A DNA stretch of 64,000 bases from Nitrospirota bacterium (GCA_963845065.1 CAWJQQ010000008.1:384001-448000), one strand, 5' to 3'. Shown: positions 17,939-30,220, counted from the first letter of the stretch. The notes: generated from the sequence alone by a model not told the origin. Translations and numbers: made by a program.

Positions 17939-19300
17939 TTATTTCTTTCGCGATTTTTTTTGCATCGCGGGGCGTTCTTCTCTTCGGCTTTTTGCAAAAA
18001 TTCTGATCGGCGTACCATCGAAACCGAATGCATCACGAAGTTTGTTCTCGATATAACGGAGGTACGAGAAATGTACACCTGCGGGATAGTTGACGAAAAC
18101 GATAAATGTGGGGGGTTTGATGCCTCCCTGCGTTATATAATAATATTTTACGCGTTTGCCATGGTAGAGCGGAGGTTCGTGGGATGCGGTAAGCCGCTCG
18201 AAAATGCGGTTGAGTTCCGCTGTGGGAACCCGTTTTTCAGCTTCCTTGATCACGCGGTCGATTTCATCGAAAACTTTGGTGATGCGTTGGCGGGTTTTGG
18301 CAGAAATGGTAAGGACCGGCGCATATGCGGCGAATTTGAGCCGCTGCTGGATTTCGGCAATGAACTTCTTATAGGCCTCTTCCTTGTCAGGAACGAGGTC
18401 CCACTTGTTTAGAATGATGATGAGCCCCTTGCCTTCATCGTGGACCAGGCCTGCGACTCGTTCGTCCTGCTCCGTGATCCCTTCCACCGCGTCGATAAGT
18501 ACGAGAGCGACGTCTGCGCGTGACAGACTCTTTATGGCCCGCATGACGCTGTATTTTTCCACACCCCTGCCGATTTTGCCCCGACTCCGGATTCCTGCGG
18601 TATCAACAAGCGTATATTTTCTGCCATAGTACTGGTAGGTGCTATCCACGGAATCCCTGGTTGTGCCCGCGATGGGACTAACGATCATCCGGTCTTCACC
18701 GATCAGCGAGTTCACAAACGAGGACTTTCCAACGTTCGGCCGGCCCAGGATTGAGATTCTCGGAATGTCGGCCGTTTCGTTTTCCTGCGGGCCAGACGAC
18801 GCTTCAGGCAACTTACGATAGAGTTCATCCATGAAGTCGGAAAAGCCCGGACCGTGCAGGGCCGAGAGGGGGTAGAGAGTGTCTATGCCGAGTCGGTAAA
18901 AGTCGGGGACGAGGCCCTCATGCTTCACGCCATCAACTTTATTGACGGCATAAATCACGGGCTTGCCCGATGCCCTGAGCCTGTGCGACACTTCGATATC
19001 CGCGGGCAGCAGGCCCTCTTTGCCGTCGAGGAGGAAGATGATGATATCGGCTTCTTCCACTGCAAGCGTGGTCTGTTCGCGCATCTTTATGTACATAGCG
19101 TCACTAGTCACGGGTTCTAGGCCGCCGGTGTCCACGAGCAGAAAGCGCTTATTTTCCCATTCGGCCTCTGCATAATTGCGGTCGCGTGTAACACCTGGCA
19201 TATCCTCGACGATGGCGAAGTTTCTACCAAGGATCCGGTTGAACAGCGTGGATTTGCCCACATTGGGACGGCCCACTATGGCTACGACTGGTTTCGACAT
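17939..19300 (-). CDS. der: Ribosome biogenesis GTPase Der (EngA)
   Basis: Two GRPNVGKS P-loops, GVTRD and GTTRD, KH-like C-terminus. Confidence 0.96.
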   Translation of the reverse strand: MSKPVVAIVGRPNVGKSTLFNRILGRNFAIVEDMPGVTRDRNYAEAEWENKRFLLVDTGGLEPVTSDAMYIKMREQTTLAVEEADIIIFLLDGKEGLLPADIEVSHRLRASGKPVIYAVNKVDGVKHEGLVPDFYRLGIDTLYPLSALHGPGFSDFMDELYRKLPEASSGPQENETADIPRISILGRPNVGKSSFVNSLIGEDRMIVSPIAGTTRDSVDSTYQYYGRKYTLVDTAGIRSRGKIGRGVEKYSVMRAIKSLSRADVALVLIDAVEGITEQDERVAGLVHDEGKGLIIILNKWDLVPDKEEAYKKFIAEIQQRLKFAAYAPVLTISAKTRQRITKVFDEIDRVIKEAEKRVPTAELNRIFERLTASHEPPLYHGKRVKYYYITQGGIKPPTFIVFVNYPAGVHFSYLRYIENKLRDAFGFDGTPIRIFAKSRREERPAMQKKSRKK

Positions 19301-19502
19301 AGTTTTGTGCCTGAGGATCTCAGAAAAATACACATATTTGGGCAAGTAAGAGGCAACAGCGGACGACATTCCCTCTGCACCCGCTCCATGCTCACAGGCA
19401 CGCACTATATCACTATTGTCCGCGGCAGTTCAAGAAAAAACCTTGCACGGTCCAGGTAATTGTGTTATTTTTTAACACAATATCGCTTCTTAGGAGGCCA
19501 CA

Positions 19503-19822
19503 ATGCTGAGATTCGTCGCGTTGACAGCGTTCATTTTCCTGTTCTCTGTTTCTATTGCCCGTGCGGATTACTACCGCTGGGTGGACAAAGACGGAAAAGA
19601 GTTTTTCACTAACGACCGTAGACAAATACCGAAGAAATACCGCGACCATGCTTCGAAAATCAAGTTCGACCAATCCCGGGTAAGTGTGAGAAAACAACCT
19701 ATAGCCCCGGTAAAACATCGGCAAAAGCCGCCGAACACAAAGACAAAGAAGGCCGAAGCGCGGAGTACTGGCGAACACGTGCCAAAAAGTTCCGGTGTAA
19801 ACTGACGGGTATTAATGAATGA
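19503..19822 (+). pseudogene. DUF4124-like exported protein, probably frameshifted or truncated (frame-0 ORF ends at 19805)
   Basis: Signal peptide plus YYRWVDKDGKEFFTND; a protein-like continuation HKDKEGRSAEYWRTRAKK lies in the -1 frame. Confidence 0.5.
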
Positions 19823-19891
19823 AATTCTTTTTTGATAGCGTTGCTGTTTGGTGATACACGATGCCCTCCGGCCGGATCGGAGGGTAATCTC

Positions 19892-20566
19892 ATGAAGAAG
19901 ATAATTATTGCAGAACCCATCATTCTCGACATTGAGCGGGACAACACCGTATTCGGACGGGGAAGTATATCAGTTATCCCTGCCAGGTCATCTGAGGAAA
20001 TCCTGAATCTTCACGGGACTTATAAGGCGGACTTGATTATCACTGACTTCGAATTGCCGTTGATGGGTGGTGCAAAACTCTGTTCCCTGATTCGGAACGA
20101 TGCCAGCCTTAAGAACGTGTCGATCATTGTCGTCTGTAATGCGACTGATGCGTCACTGGCACAATGCCGGGAAACAGGAGCTAACGCCGTCATACCGAAA
20201 CCTCCGAGCGAGGATATGCTCTTTTCAAAAATATCTGAACTGCTCGTCGTTCCCCAGCGAAAGGGCATACGGGTATTGCAGCGAATATCCGTTAAAAGCA
20301 CCGAAGGGGATACTACTTTTTTCGCCCGATCGTTAAATATCAGCATTTCGGGTATGCTTATTGAAACCTACCGTGCTTTCAAGAAGGGTGATCGCTTGAC
20401 ATGCGCCTTCAAAATCGCCCACAATGAGGTTGTAGTTGACTGCATGGTCATGAGAGCGGAAAAGTCCGCTTCGGGGCGGCACTGTTATGGAATAAAGTTC
20501 ATTAACTGCAATACGAAGTCCCTTGTTATGATTGATCATTTTGTCAAGTCTCAGGTAAAGAGATGA
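19892..20566 (+). CDS. Response regulator receiver plus PilZ domain protein
   Basis: DLIITDFELPLMGG and KP receiver motifs; QRKGIR (RxxxR) and NISISG PilZ motifs. Confidence 0.85.
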   Translation: MKKIIIAEPIILDIERDNTVFGRGSISVIPARSSEEILNLHGTYKADLIITDFELPLMGGAKLCSLIRNDASLKNVSIIVVCNATDASLAQCRETGANAVIPKPPSEDMLFSKISELLVVPQRKGIRVLQRISVKSTEGDTTFFARSLNISISGMLIETYRAFKKGDRLTCAFKIAHNEVVVDCMVMRAEKSASGRHCYGIKFINCNTKSLVMIDHFVKSQVKR

Positions 20567-20667
20567 ATCGTTGCATGCGTAGCTGGAGGGATTAGGCGAG
20601 ATTGAAATAGCAGCACCTGGAAAGGGAATGCCTCTGTAGCCAACGTTGTCCGGGGGGGGGAACAGGT

Positions 20668-23139
20668 TTGGAAGAACGGTACGATTTCAAGAAAGTTGAA
20701 GAGCGCTGGCAACGTTCCTGGCACGAGCAGAAGACGTTTAAAGTGACGGAGGACGCGTCAAAGCCGAAATATTACTGCCTCGAGATGTTCCCCTATCCAT
20801 CGGGCAGGATTCACATGGGTCACGTACGGAATTATGCCATCGGCGACGTTGTTTCGCGGTATAAACGGATGCGCGGATTCAACGTGCTCCACCCGATGGG
20901 GTGGGACTCCTTCGGGCTGCCTGCCGAAAACGCGGCCATCAAGCACGGCATCCCTCCTGCTAAGTGGACCCTTGAGAATATCGCTTACATGAGGGACAAG
21001 CAGCTGAAGCGTCTTGGCCTTTCCTACGACTGGGACAGAGAAGTCACTACGTGCCTTGAAGAATATTACCGATGGAACCAGTGGTTCTTCATCAGGATGT
21101 ACGAGCGCGGGCTGGCGTATAAGAAGCTGTCCTACGTGAATTGGTGCCCGTCGTGCAATACCGTTCTGGCGAACGAACAGGTAGAGCAGGGCCTCTGCTG
21201 GCGTTGCAGTTCTATTGTCACTCACAAAGAGCTCGAACAGTGGTTTTTTAAAATCACAGCCTATGCCGAGGAACTGCTTTCCTACTGTGATAAACTCACC
21301 GGCTGGCCCGAGCGAGTTCTTACCATGCAGAGGAATTGGATCGGGAAGTCCATCGGCGTTGAGGCGGACTTCACGGTCGAACGTTCTGGTGAAAAGCTCA
21401 CCATCTTTACTACACGGCCAGACACGCTCTATGGCGTTACCTTCATGAGCATTGCGCCCGAACATCCAATGGTCGAGTCGCTCATCAAAGGAACTCCTCA
21501 CGCCGATCAGGTCCGGGCATTTTGCCAACGTGTCATGCGCGAGGACAAGGCCGAACGCACCGACGAAAAACAGAAAAAAGAAGGTATGTTCACCGGGGCC
21601 TATGCGGTCAATCCTCTGAACAACGAGAAGGTTCCCATCTGGGTCGGCAACTTCGTTCTCATGGAGTACGGCACCGGAGCGATCATGTCCGTTCCTGCCC
21701 ATGACCAGCGCGATTTTGAGTTTGCCAGGAACTATGGACTTCCGGTCCGCGTAGTGATCCAGAACGCCGAAAAAAACCTTGATCCTTTCACGATGACGGA
21801 AGCCTACATAGACGAAGGGACCATGGTGAATTCTGGCCCCTTCGACGGAAGCCCCAACAGGGCGGGGAAGGAAAAGGTCGCCGATTACGTGGAACAGCGG
21901 AACATAGGGAGACGCACCGTGAACTGGCGACTTCGCGACTGGGGCATTTCGCGTCAACGGTACTGGGGAACGCCGATCCCGATCATTTACTGCGAGGCAT
22001 GCGGGGCCGTGCCGGTTCCTGAGAAAGATCTTCCCGTGCGGCTGCCGGTAGACGTCGCATTGACCGGGAAAGGGCGGTCTCCTCTTGGCGAGTCTCAATC
22101 ATTTCGGGAAACGAACTGCCCGAGGTGCGGTGGCAGAGCAGAGCGAGAGACGGACACGATGGATACGTTCGTGGATTCTTCCTGGTATTTTCTGCGTTAT
22201 TGCTCTCCCCACGAAAGCGTGGCGCCCTTTGACAAAAAGGCCGCGGGGTACTGGATGAACGTTGACCAGTACATCGGAGGCATCGAGCATGCCGTGCTGC
22301 ACCTTCTCTATGCACGGTTCTTCACCAAAGTGATCCGCGATCTGGGGCTCTTCGATGGCGACGAGCCGTTCCTGAACCTGCTCACACAGGGCATGGTTAT
22401 CAAGGATGGCGCGAAAATGAGCAAGTCCAAGGGCAATGTCGTGGACCCGGACTTTATTCTCACGAAGTACGGTGCGGATACGGCGCGGCTATTCTCGCTT
22501 TTTGCCGCTCCGCCGGAGCGGGACCTCGAGTGGAGCGATCAGGGCGTGGATGGCGCATACCGCTTTCTCCACCGGGTCTGGGCGGTCGTGTTTAAAAACA
22601 TCGATAGAGTCACGGATGTTAAGCCTGCCGGGTCAGAAGCCAGGGGTGACAAACTGTACCGAAAAACGCATCTCACGATCAAAAAGGTGACCGAGGACAT
22701 CGAGCGCGAATTTCACTTCAATACTGCGATATCGGCGCTCATGGAAATGGTGAATGAATTATATGATTATACTTCGGGCGGAGTGAAGGAGAAACAACTG
22801 CCTGTGCTCCGGTCCGCCATAGATACGTTGACGCTGCTTATCGCGCCATTTGCACCTCATTTTGCCGAAGAACTCAATGCGTCTCTCGGGAAAAAGGCGA
22901 GCATTGCAAATTCTTCATGGCCGATGTTCGACCCCGAGGCGATCGTTGCATCGGAAGTAACGATCGTGATCCAGGTAAATGGCAAGGTCAGGAGCAAACT
23001 GACTATGCTTACCGGCGCACCGGACAACGAAATCGAAGCCGCGGCGCTAGCCGATCCCAAAGTCAGGGATTATACACACGGGAAACCTCCGAAGAAGGTC
23101 ATTGTTGTACAGGGCAAACTCGTAAATATCGTTGTGTAG
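20668..23139 (+). CDS. leuS: Leucine--tRNA ligase
   Basis: [27 protein letters not shown]. Confidence 0.98.
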   Translation: MEERYDFKKVEERWQRSWHEQKTFKVTEDASKPKYYCLEMFPYPSGRIHMGHVRNYAIGDVVSRYKRMRGFNVLHPMGWDSFGLPAENAAIKHGIPPAKWTLENIAYMRDKQLKRLGLSYDWDREVTTCLEEYYRWNQWFFIRMYERGLAYKKLSYVNWCPSCNTVLANEQVEQGLCWRCSSIVTHKELEQWFFKITAYAEELLSYCDKLTGWPERVLTMQRNWIGKSIGVEADFTVERSGEKLTIFTTRPDTLYGVTFMSIAPEHPMVESLIKGTPHADQVRAFCQRVMREDKAERTDEKQKKEGMFTGAYAVNPLNNEKVPIWVGNFVLMEYGTGAIMSVPAHDQRDFEFARNYGLPVRVVIQNAEKNLDPFTMTEAYIDEGTMVNSGPFDGSPNRAGKEKVADYVEQRNIGRRTVNWRLRDWGISRQRYWGTPIPIIYCEACGAVPVPEKDLPVRLPVDVALTGKGRSPLGESQSFRETNCPRCGGRAERETDTMDTFVDSSWYFLRYCSPHESVAPFDKKAAGYWMNVDQYIGGIEHAVLHLLYARFFTKVIRDLGLFDGDEPFLNLLTQGMVIKDGAKMSKSKGNVVDPDFILTKYGADTARLFSLFAAPPERDLEWSDQGVDGAYRFLHRVWAVVFKNIDRVTDVKPAGSEARGDKLYRKTHLTIKKVTEDIEREFHFNTAISALMEMVNELYDYTSGGVKEKQLPVLRSAIDTLTLLIAPFAPHFAEELNASLGKKASIANSSWPMFDPEAIVASEVTIVIQVNGKVRSKLTMLTGAPDNEIEAAALADPKVRDYTHGKPPKKVIVVQGKLVNIVV

Positions 23140-23149
23140 AGCGGGCATA

Positions 23150-23740
23150 ATGACAAACCCCATGAAGACTGTTGAACTATTGCTAAAAAATGTCGTCTCG
23201 GTCAGGCAACGGCTGCCGATGTCGTTAGTCATGCTTTTATTAATCAGTCTATTTATGCCGTTGACCTCCTGCGGCTACCATTTTTCCTCTATCGGAAGGA
23301 ACATTCCTCAAGGCGCGAAGACCATTGCAGTCTCCGTGTTTATCAATGATACCACGGAGCCCTATGTCGATGTGGACATTACAAAAGCCGTAGCGGACGA
23401 GTTCTTGACCGATGGAAGGCTTAACGTCGTGAGTGAGGACACCGCAGACCTTGTTTTGCGGGGGCACGTGACCAAGTTTGTTTTAACGGCGCAAGCTTAT
23501 ACAGCCGCTTCGTATGTGCAGGCGTACAATGTCAGCATCACTGTCAGTATAAGCGTTGAAGATACGAAAACGCAGAAGCTGATTTTGCAGGATGTAGCCC
23601 TCACAGATTATTTTACTTCCACATATACAGTGGCCATAGGAGATATTTCGCAGACCAAGATAGCAAAAGAAGCAGCCGTGCAAAGCGCTTGTCAGGATAT
23701 TGCATCTACAGTAAGAAGCAGAGTGCTCGACGGATTTTAG
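23150..23740 (+). CDS. lptE: LPS assembly lipoprotein LptE family (start uncertain)
   Basis: Lipobox LTSCGYH; conserved leuS-lptE-holA order. Confidence 0.8.
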   Translation: MTNPMKTVELLLKNVVSVRQRLPMSLVMLLLISLFMPLTSCGYHFSSIGRNIPQGAKTIAVSVFINDTTEPYVDVDITKAVADEFLTDGRLNVVSEDTADLVLRGHVTKFVLTAQAYTAASYVQAYNVSITVSISVEDTKTQKLILQDVALTDYFTSTYTVAIGDISQTKIAKEAAVQSACQDIASTVRSRVLDGF

Positions 23741-23787
23741 CAAAATTTCCAAAGATTTGATTGCAGCCAGTTTCGGGGTATTTAATC

Positions 23788-24783
23788 GTGAAGTACCAGG
23801 ACTTTTTATCCAGCCTCAAACAGCATAAGATATCACCGCTCTATCTGTTTTACGGTGAAGAGGAGTTTCTGATCCAGGAGGCGCTCGATCACATTATCGA
23901 GACGATGGTAGATCCGGGTGCTCGGGATTTCAATTTCAATGTACTCTACTGCCGAGACACATCCGCATCTGATATCGTGAATCTTGCCCAGACCCTCCCG
24001 TTCATGTCTGAGAAACGCCTGGTGATCGCCAAAGAGATAGATGTCTTAAAGGCAGCCGACCTGGAGGAACTCGTCCCCTACCTGAATGACCCGTCTCCCA
24101 GTACGTGCCTCGTTCTCGTATCGAACCAGGGACGATATGAAAAAAAATCCGTCATCTCCGCTGTCGAGTCCCATGGTGGGGCCATACGATTTTATCCATT
24201 GCTCGATCGCGAGATCGTGGGCTGGATCGAGTCCCGTGCCATGTCACTCGGTGTTACAATCCAGCATGATGCATCCCAGTATCTCTGGCAAACGATCGGC
24301 AATGACCTTCAAAAGATCAAGAACGAACTCGAAAAGGTCAAAATTTATCTGAAAGAGAAGAAGACCATCACCTTCGATGACGTGAAAACCGTGGTAGGCG
24401 ATTTCCGGGAATACAATCCCTTTGACCTTGCAGCTGCGCTAGGCCAGAAGAACCCGGGAAAGGCCCTCTTGATACTGTCAAGGTTGCTCCAGGAAGGAGA
24501 AGCGCCTGTCGGTCTGCTTGGATCCGTCGCCTGGAACTTTCGGCGTCTTCTCCAGGCAAAATCCATGGAGGCCGCCGGCATCAGCTCTGATGAGATAATG
24601 AGGAAACAAAAGGTGATATTTCACCAGGCCAGATTGTTCAAGGAACAGATGAGGCGTTATACTATGGATGAATTAAGGGAAACATTTTCCGTGATGCTTG
24701 CAGCGGACCGGGCACTAAAATCAAGCGGTCTGAATGGACGGCTTGTGCTGGAGAGGATGATCCTTAAACTCTGTGGGACGTAG
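23788..24783 (+). CDS. holA: DNA polymerase III subunit delta
   Basis: LYLFYGEEEFL, TLPFMSEKRLV, NELEK, DRALKSS. Confidence 0.93.
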   Translation: MKYQDFLSSLKQHKISPLYLFYGEEEFLIQEALDHIIETMVDPGARDFNFNVLYCRDTSASDIVNLAQTLPFMSEKRLVIAKEIDVLKAADLEELVPYLNDPSPSTCLVLVSNQGRYEKKSVISAVESHGGAIRFYPLLDREIVGWIESRAMSLGVTIQHDASQYLWQTIGNDLQKIKNELEKVKIYLKEKKTITFDDVKTVVGDFREYNPFDLAAALGQKNPGKALLILSRLLQEGEAPVGLLGSVAWNFRRLLQAKSMEAAGISSDEIMRKQKVIFHQARLFKEQMRRYTMDELRETFSVMLAADRALKSSGLNGRLVLERMILKLCGT

Positions 24784-24831
24784 GAAGTGCGGAATTTGGC
24801 CGCTACAGGGCTGGTTGCTTAAATGAGGAGT

Positions 24832-24866
24832 AAAAAAAAAGCGCCTTCGTCTAGCGAAGGCGCTTT
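24832..24866 (-). terminator. Terminator of rpsT, possibly bidirectional
   Basis: A9 run then GCGCCTTCG-tctag-CGAAGGCGC. Confidence 0.85.
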
Positions 24867-24892
24867 GCCGTTTACAATACCGTATAAAATAA

Positions 24893-25162
24893 CTACGCAG
24901 AGGTGATCTTGCTGACCGTCATGGAGAGGCGAGAAACCTTCCGCGAAGCGGTGCTCTTGTGAAGGACACCCTGAGACGCCGCCTTATCATAGGCCTTCAT
25001 GGCTTTAACCAAAGCCTCTTTTGCCGCGTCAGCTTTCTTCTCTGCAGCAGCCTGCTCGACTTTTTTCGAGATGGTCTTGAGCGCGGATCTTACTGATTTA
25101 TTAATGACATGCTTCTTGTCGGCTTGCCGCTGCCTTTTGATCACTGATTTGTGAATCGCCAC
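24893..25162 (-). CDS. rpsT: 30S ribosomal protein bS20
   Basis: HKSVIKRQRQ...DKAASQGVLHKSTASRKVSRL. Confidence 0.95.
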   Translation of the reverse strand: MAIHKSVIKRQRQADKKHVINKSVRSALKTISKKVEQAAAEKKADAAKEALVKAMKAYDKAASQGVLHKSTASRKVSRLSMTVSKITSA

Positions 25163-25479
25163 TTCTTGCCTCCTTGGGAGTTAAAAACAGTCTTCATTTT
25201 TAACATAAAGAACCCCTAAGTGTCAAGAAAAAAACCTTTTCTTACAGGCTGATTTCTGGTAAAGTTACGCCTTACTCTGAAAAAGGTTAAAACCATAGAC
25301 CCTGTCGGGATTTTAGTCAAATTAGGATCACAGCAAAGAAAAATTAAACGTCAGGAAGATTGTGCCAAGTATCTACAGCGTTATCCGGGTGTGTCTGTCT
25401 GAAGCATCCAAAACCTGTGTTCTTCAGCGGTTAATTCCTTTTTTCAGGTAGAGCTTCGCATTTTTCCGAGGTGTTTCGT

Positions 25480-27060
25480 ATGTCAGAGCAAACCAAGGTC
25501 GCAAAGGCGGCGGGTACCGTTGGTCTTGCCACGCTTGCCAGCCGTCTTATGGGATATATTCGCGACATGGTTATGTCCTGGGCCTTCGGCACGGGCATGG
25601 CTGCTGACGCGTTTTACGTGGCCTATCGCATCCCGAATCTTCTCCGCGAACTTCTTGCCGAAGGCTCGATGTCCGCCGCATTCATTCCTGTATTCACCGA
25701 GACGCTAACCAAAGAGTCTAAAGAAAGCGCCCTTCATCTTGCTAATGCCGTCTTTGCCCGGCTGCTCGTCATCCTCCTCGTTCTGACCGGATTGGGTGTG
25801 CTCTTCGCCCCCTTTGTGGTCAAGATGATCGCCTGGGGGTGGCTACACAAGGCCGGGAATGAGGACAAATTCCTCCTTGGAGTAACCCTCACAAGGATCA
25901 TGTTCCCCTATCTTTTATTTATCGGTCTCGCAGCGCTCGCAATGGGCATGCTCAATTCACTTCGTTACTTTCTCACTCCCGCGCTTTCGCCGGTAATGCT
26001 GAATGTCATGATGATCAGTGCGGTGGTGCTGAGCACGCGGTTCCTCTCTCAACCGATCATTGGCGTAGCCTTCGGCGTGGTTTTGGGCGGGATGTGCCAG
26101 TTCCTGATCCAGGTGCCCGGTCTGCAAAAACAGGGGATGAGGATGCGGCCGGAGTTCAAGCCCACGCATCCGGGCGTCAAAAGGATCGGTCTGTTGGTCC
26201 TGCCGGTTTTTCTCAGTTCCTCGGTAAACCAGCTGAATATTTTTATCACAACCATTCTTGCGTCGTTCCTAGCGACCGGCAGCATCACCTACCTGTACTA
26301 CGGCATGCGGTTCATCCAGTTTCCGCTTGGCATCTTCGGTGTCGCCATAGCAACGGCCGTGCTTCCCACCATGTCGGCCCAGGCAGCGCGGCGGGAGATG
26401 AATGAGTTCCGGGAAACATTCTCTTTTGGGTTGCGTCTCGTATTCTTCATCATGTTTCCGGCCATGGCAGCCCTTATCACGCTCCGAATCCCGATCGTGA
26501 GCCTTTTGCTCGAACACGGCCAGTTTGACCGCCATTCAACGCAGGGCGTCGCACTGGCACTCGCTTGTTATGCGGTGGGGCTTTGGGCCTTTGCGGGAGT
26601 ACGGATAGTGGTCCAGGCGTTCTATGCACTCCAGGACACGCGTACGCCGGTCTTCGTCGCTCTCGTGGCATTCAGTTCGAACATACTGCTAAGCGCCCTT
26701 TTTGTCTTCAAAACGTCGCTTGCCCACGGCGGCCTCGCGCTCGCTACGTCGATTGCGGCGATGCTGAATATCAGCCTGCTCACCATCCAACTCAGGAAAA
26801 AGATCGGCAGGATCGACGCCAGCCGCATCCTGCGGTCCCTGGTTAAAATTATCCCCGCGTCTTTGGCCATCGGGGTGATCGGCTGGTGGATCAGCAGTAA
26901 CCGTCTTTGGGACCACGGGGGAAATACAGAGCATAAGCTGGAATTGCTCGGAGGCAGCATGCTTGCAACCATTTGCTTCTATGTAATTGCAATGTGGATC
27001 ACGAAGAGCGAGGAGCTGGAGTTTATCTGGGGGATGGTGAAACGGAAGAGACAGGTATGA
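25480..27060 (+). CDS. murJ: Lipid II flippase MurJ
   Basis: SRLMGYIRD, RIPNLLRELLAEGSMSAAFIP, many TM helices. Confidence 0.96.
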   Translation: MSEQTKVAKAAGTVGLATLASRLMGYIRDMVMSWAFGTGMAADAFYVAYRIPNLLRELLAEGSMSAAFIPVFTETLTKESKESALHLANAVFARLLVILLVLTGLGVLFAPFVVKMIAWGWLHKAGNEDKFLLGVTLTRIMFPYLLFIGLAALAMGMLNSLRYFLTPALSPVMLNVMMISAVVLSTRFLSQPIIGVAFGVVLGGMCQFLIQVPGLQKQGMRMRPEFKPTHPGVKRIGLLVLPVFLSSSVNQLNIFITTILASFLATGSITYLYYGMRFIQFPLGIFGVAIATAVLPTMSAQAARREMNEFRETFSFGLRLVFFIMFPAMAALITLRIPIVSLLLEHGQFDRHSTQGVALALACYAVGLWAFAGVRIVVQAFYALQDTRTPVFVALVAFSSNILLSALFVFKTSLAHGGLALATSIAAMLNISLLTIQLRKKIGRIDASRILRSLVKIIPASLAIGVIGWWISSNRLWDHGGNTEHKLELLGGSMLATICFYVIAMWITKSEELEFIWGMVKRKRQV

Positions 27061-27599
27061 ATGCGTACTGCAAGATAAGTAGATTGGTCATTCATTGCGA
27101 TATCGGCTGGATTGGGGTGGCTGCAACAACGGAGGGAGTGCGTCGGATCATACTGCCCGGGAAATCAAAAAAGACAGTTAACCGTAAACTGCTGGAAACG
27201 ATGCGTGGCGCGCAGAGGTTGGAAAAACCTAAGTCCTCTCCCGGGGAAATTCTTCACACGGTGGAGAAATTACTTAAATGGCACTTCTCTGGAAAGTGTG
27301 TTTCGTTTGACGTCCCTCTTGATCTGAGGTATCATACGCCGTTCCAGCAGGCGGTCTGGCGGGCAGCCGCAGAAATCCCGTACGGGCAGACGAGGTCCTA
27401 TGCCTGGATCGCCAAGAGAATAAAGAACCCGAAGGCTGTGCGAGCCGTGGGCCAGGCATTGGGCGCCAACCCCATTCCAATCATCATACCCTGACACCGT
27501 GTTATCAGCTCAGCGGGTTCGCTGGGCGGGTTCTCGGCAGGGCTCAGGTTGAAAAAGAAACTACTAGAACTGGAGTCTAATGCCAGCGTCAGGCACTGA
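27057..27599 (+). CDS. ogt: Methylated-DNA--protein-cysteine methyltransferase (Ogt/MGMT), probable selenoprotein with UGA 27492-27494 read as Sec; 180 aa
   Basis: TPFQQAVW, IPYGQTRSY, RAVGQALGANP, then IIIP-UGA-HRVISSAGSLGGFSAGLRLKKKLLELE in frame. Confidence 0.88.
27508..27527 (+). promoter_or_regulatory. Putative bacterial SECIS hairpin
   Basis: GCUCAGCG-GGUU-CGCUGGGC 8-bp stem, G-first loop beginning 22 nt after the UGA. Confidence 0.75.
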
Positions 27600-27695
27600 G
27601 GCATGGAGACGCATATCAAAAAGCTTTTGTTTTCTGCGATCTCTGGGGCGCTACTGCTCTTTTTTATCATTTATAAAAAATAAGGAGTAAAAAAT

Positions 27696-28334
27696 ATGGT
27701 GCTGATCAGGCTTGTCGTGGGCCCGCTCCAGGTGAACTGCTTCATTCTTGCGGATGAAAAGACACTCGAAGCTGTAGTTATCGACCCGGGCGATGATGCA
27801 GAGGACATTCTCAAAATCATCAAAGACAAGGCGTTGAAGGTCAAGTACATCGTTGATACTCATGCTCACTTCGATCATGTGGGCGCGAATAAAGCAATAA
27901 AAGACGCTACGGGCGCCGAGTTGCTGCTCCATGAAGCTGATGCAGCTGTGCTTGCTACGGTTTCGCAGCAGTCCAGCGCGTTCGGCATGGACACGGTTTC
28001 ATCACCGCCCGCGGATAGGTACGTTAAACATGGCGACGTCATCACAGCAGGAGAAGTGGCGCTCAAGGTCCTGCACACGCCGGGCCATACGCCCGGAGGC
28101 ATAAGCTTGCTCGAACAAGGAATGGTTTTTACCGGCGACGCACTGTTTGCGGGTTCCATCGGCAGGACGGACTTCCCGGGCGGCGACCTCACGACACTTC
28201 TCCGCTCCATCAATACAAACCTTATGACACTACCGGATGATACCAAGGTCTTTTCCGGTCATGGTCCCGCTTCTACTATTGGCGACGAGCGACGCGATAA
28301 CCCCTTCCTGAATGAACAATCCGGATTTGAATAA
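27696..28334 (+). CDS. MBL-fold metallo-hydrolase (glyoxalase II-like)
   Basis: THAHFDH, HTPGHTPG, GDALFAGSIGRTD, GHG. Confidence 0.92.
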   Translation: MVLIRLVVGPLQVNCFILADEKTLEAVVIDPGDDAEDILKIIKDKALKVKYIVDTHAHFDHVGANKAIKDATGAELLLHEADAAVLATVSQQSSAFGMDTVSSPPADRYVKHGDVITAGEVALKVLHTPGHTPGGISLLEQGMVFTGDALFAGSIGRTDFPGGDLTTLLRSINTNLMTLPDDTKVFSGHGPASTIGDERRDNPFLNEQSGFE

Positions 28335-28503
28335 CCGGTTTTCCTTGAGGTTTTACCGCCAATGTGGTACAGTATACGACTTACGCAATTGAACCACGGA
28401 TGAATGCGTATCGCGCTATTGCATGAATCGGCAGAAACGTACGTCTTTTTATTTTTTACCTCTGCGACAGATTTCTCGTCACCGTGTTCATCCGCGACTA
28501 TAA

Positions 28504-29988
<1,485 letters not shown>

Positions 29989-30034
29989 GACTCGCTGAGT
30001 GCGGATTTCGAATTAAAAAAGAAGATTGACCACG

Positions 30035-30220
30035 ATGGAAAAAGTCATGCAAAGTGGGAGCACGCGAAGCTGGAAAACCAGAAAAGAAGCGAATATCCAT
30101 CGCTCTGACGATTTTACGCCTTGCAGCCATGACATGACAATCTGCGGTGACTGTGAAGGCAACAGAGCAAAGAAGAAGTGCCCCAGGCTTAAGGAGTGGC
30201 TGACGCAGAAGGAAAAATAA
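30035..30220 (+). CDS. Small Cys-rich hypothetical protein (start uncertain)
   Basis: Short ORF with C-x6-C-x2-C-x8-C between guaB and a terminator. Confidence 0.45.
   Translation: MEKVMQSGSTRSWKTRKEANIHRSDDFTPCSHDMTICGDCEGNRAKKKCPRLKEWLTQKEK

Noticed and set aside
20758..22098. Long antisense ORFs (446 aa opposite leuS; similar ones opposite ilvD, ilvB, leuA, leuC)
   Set aside because: Shadow frames of well-conserved genes with no recognisable motifs
26973..27494. Truncated ogt pseudogene as given by the ORF track
   Set aside because: The stop is a UGA at the catalytic Cys with an intact downstream frame and a SECIS-like hairpin; recoding is more likely
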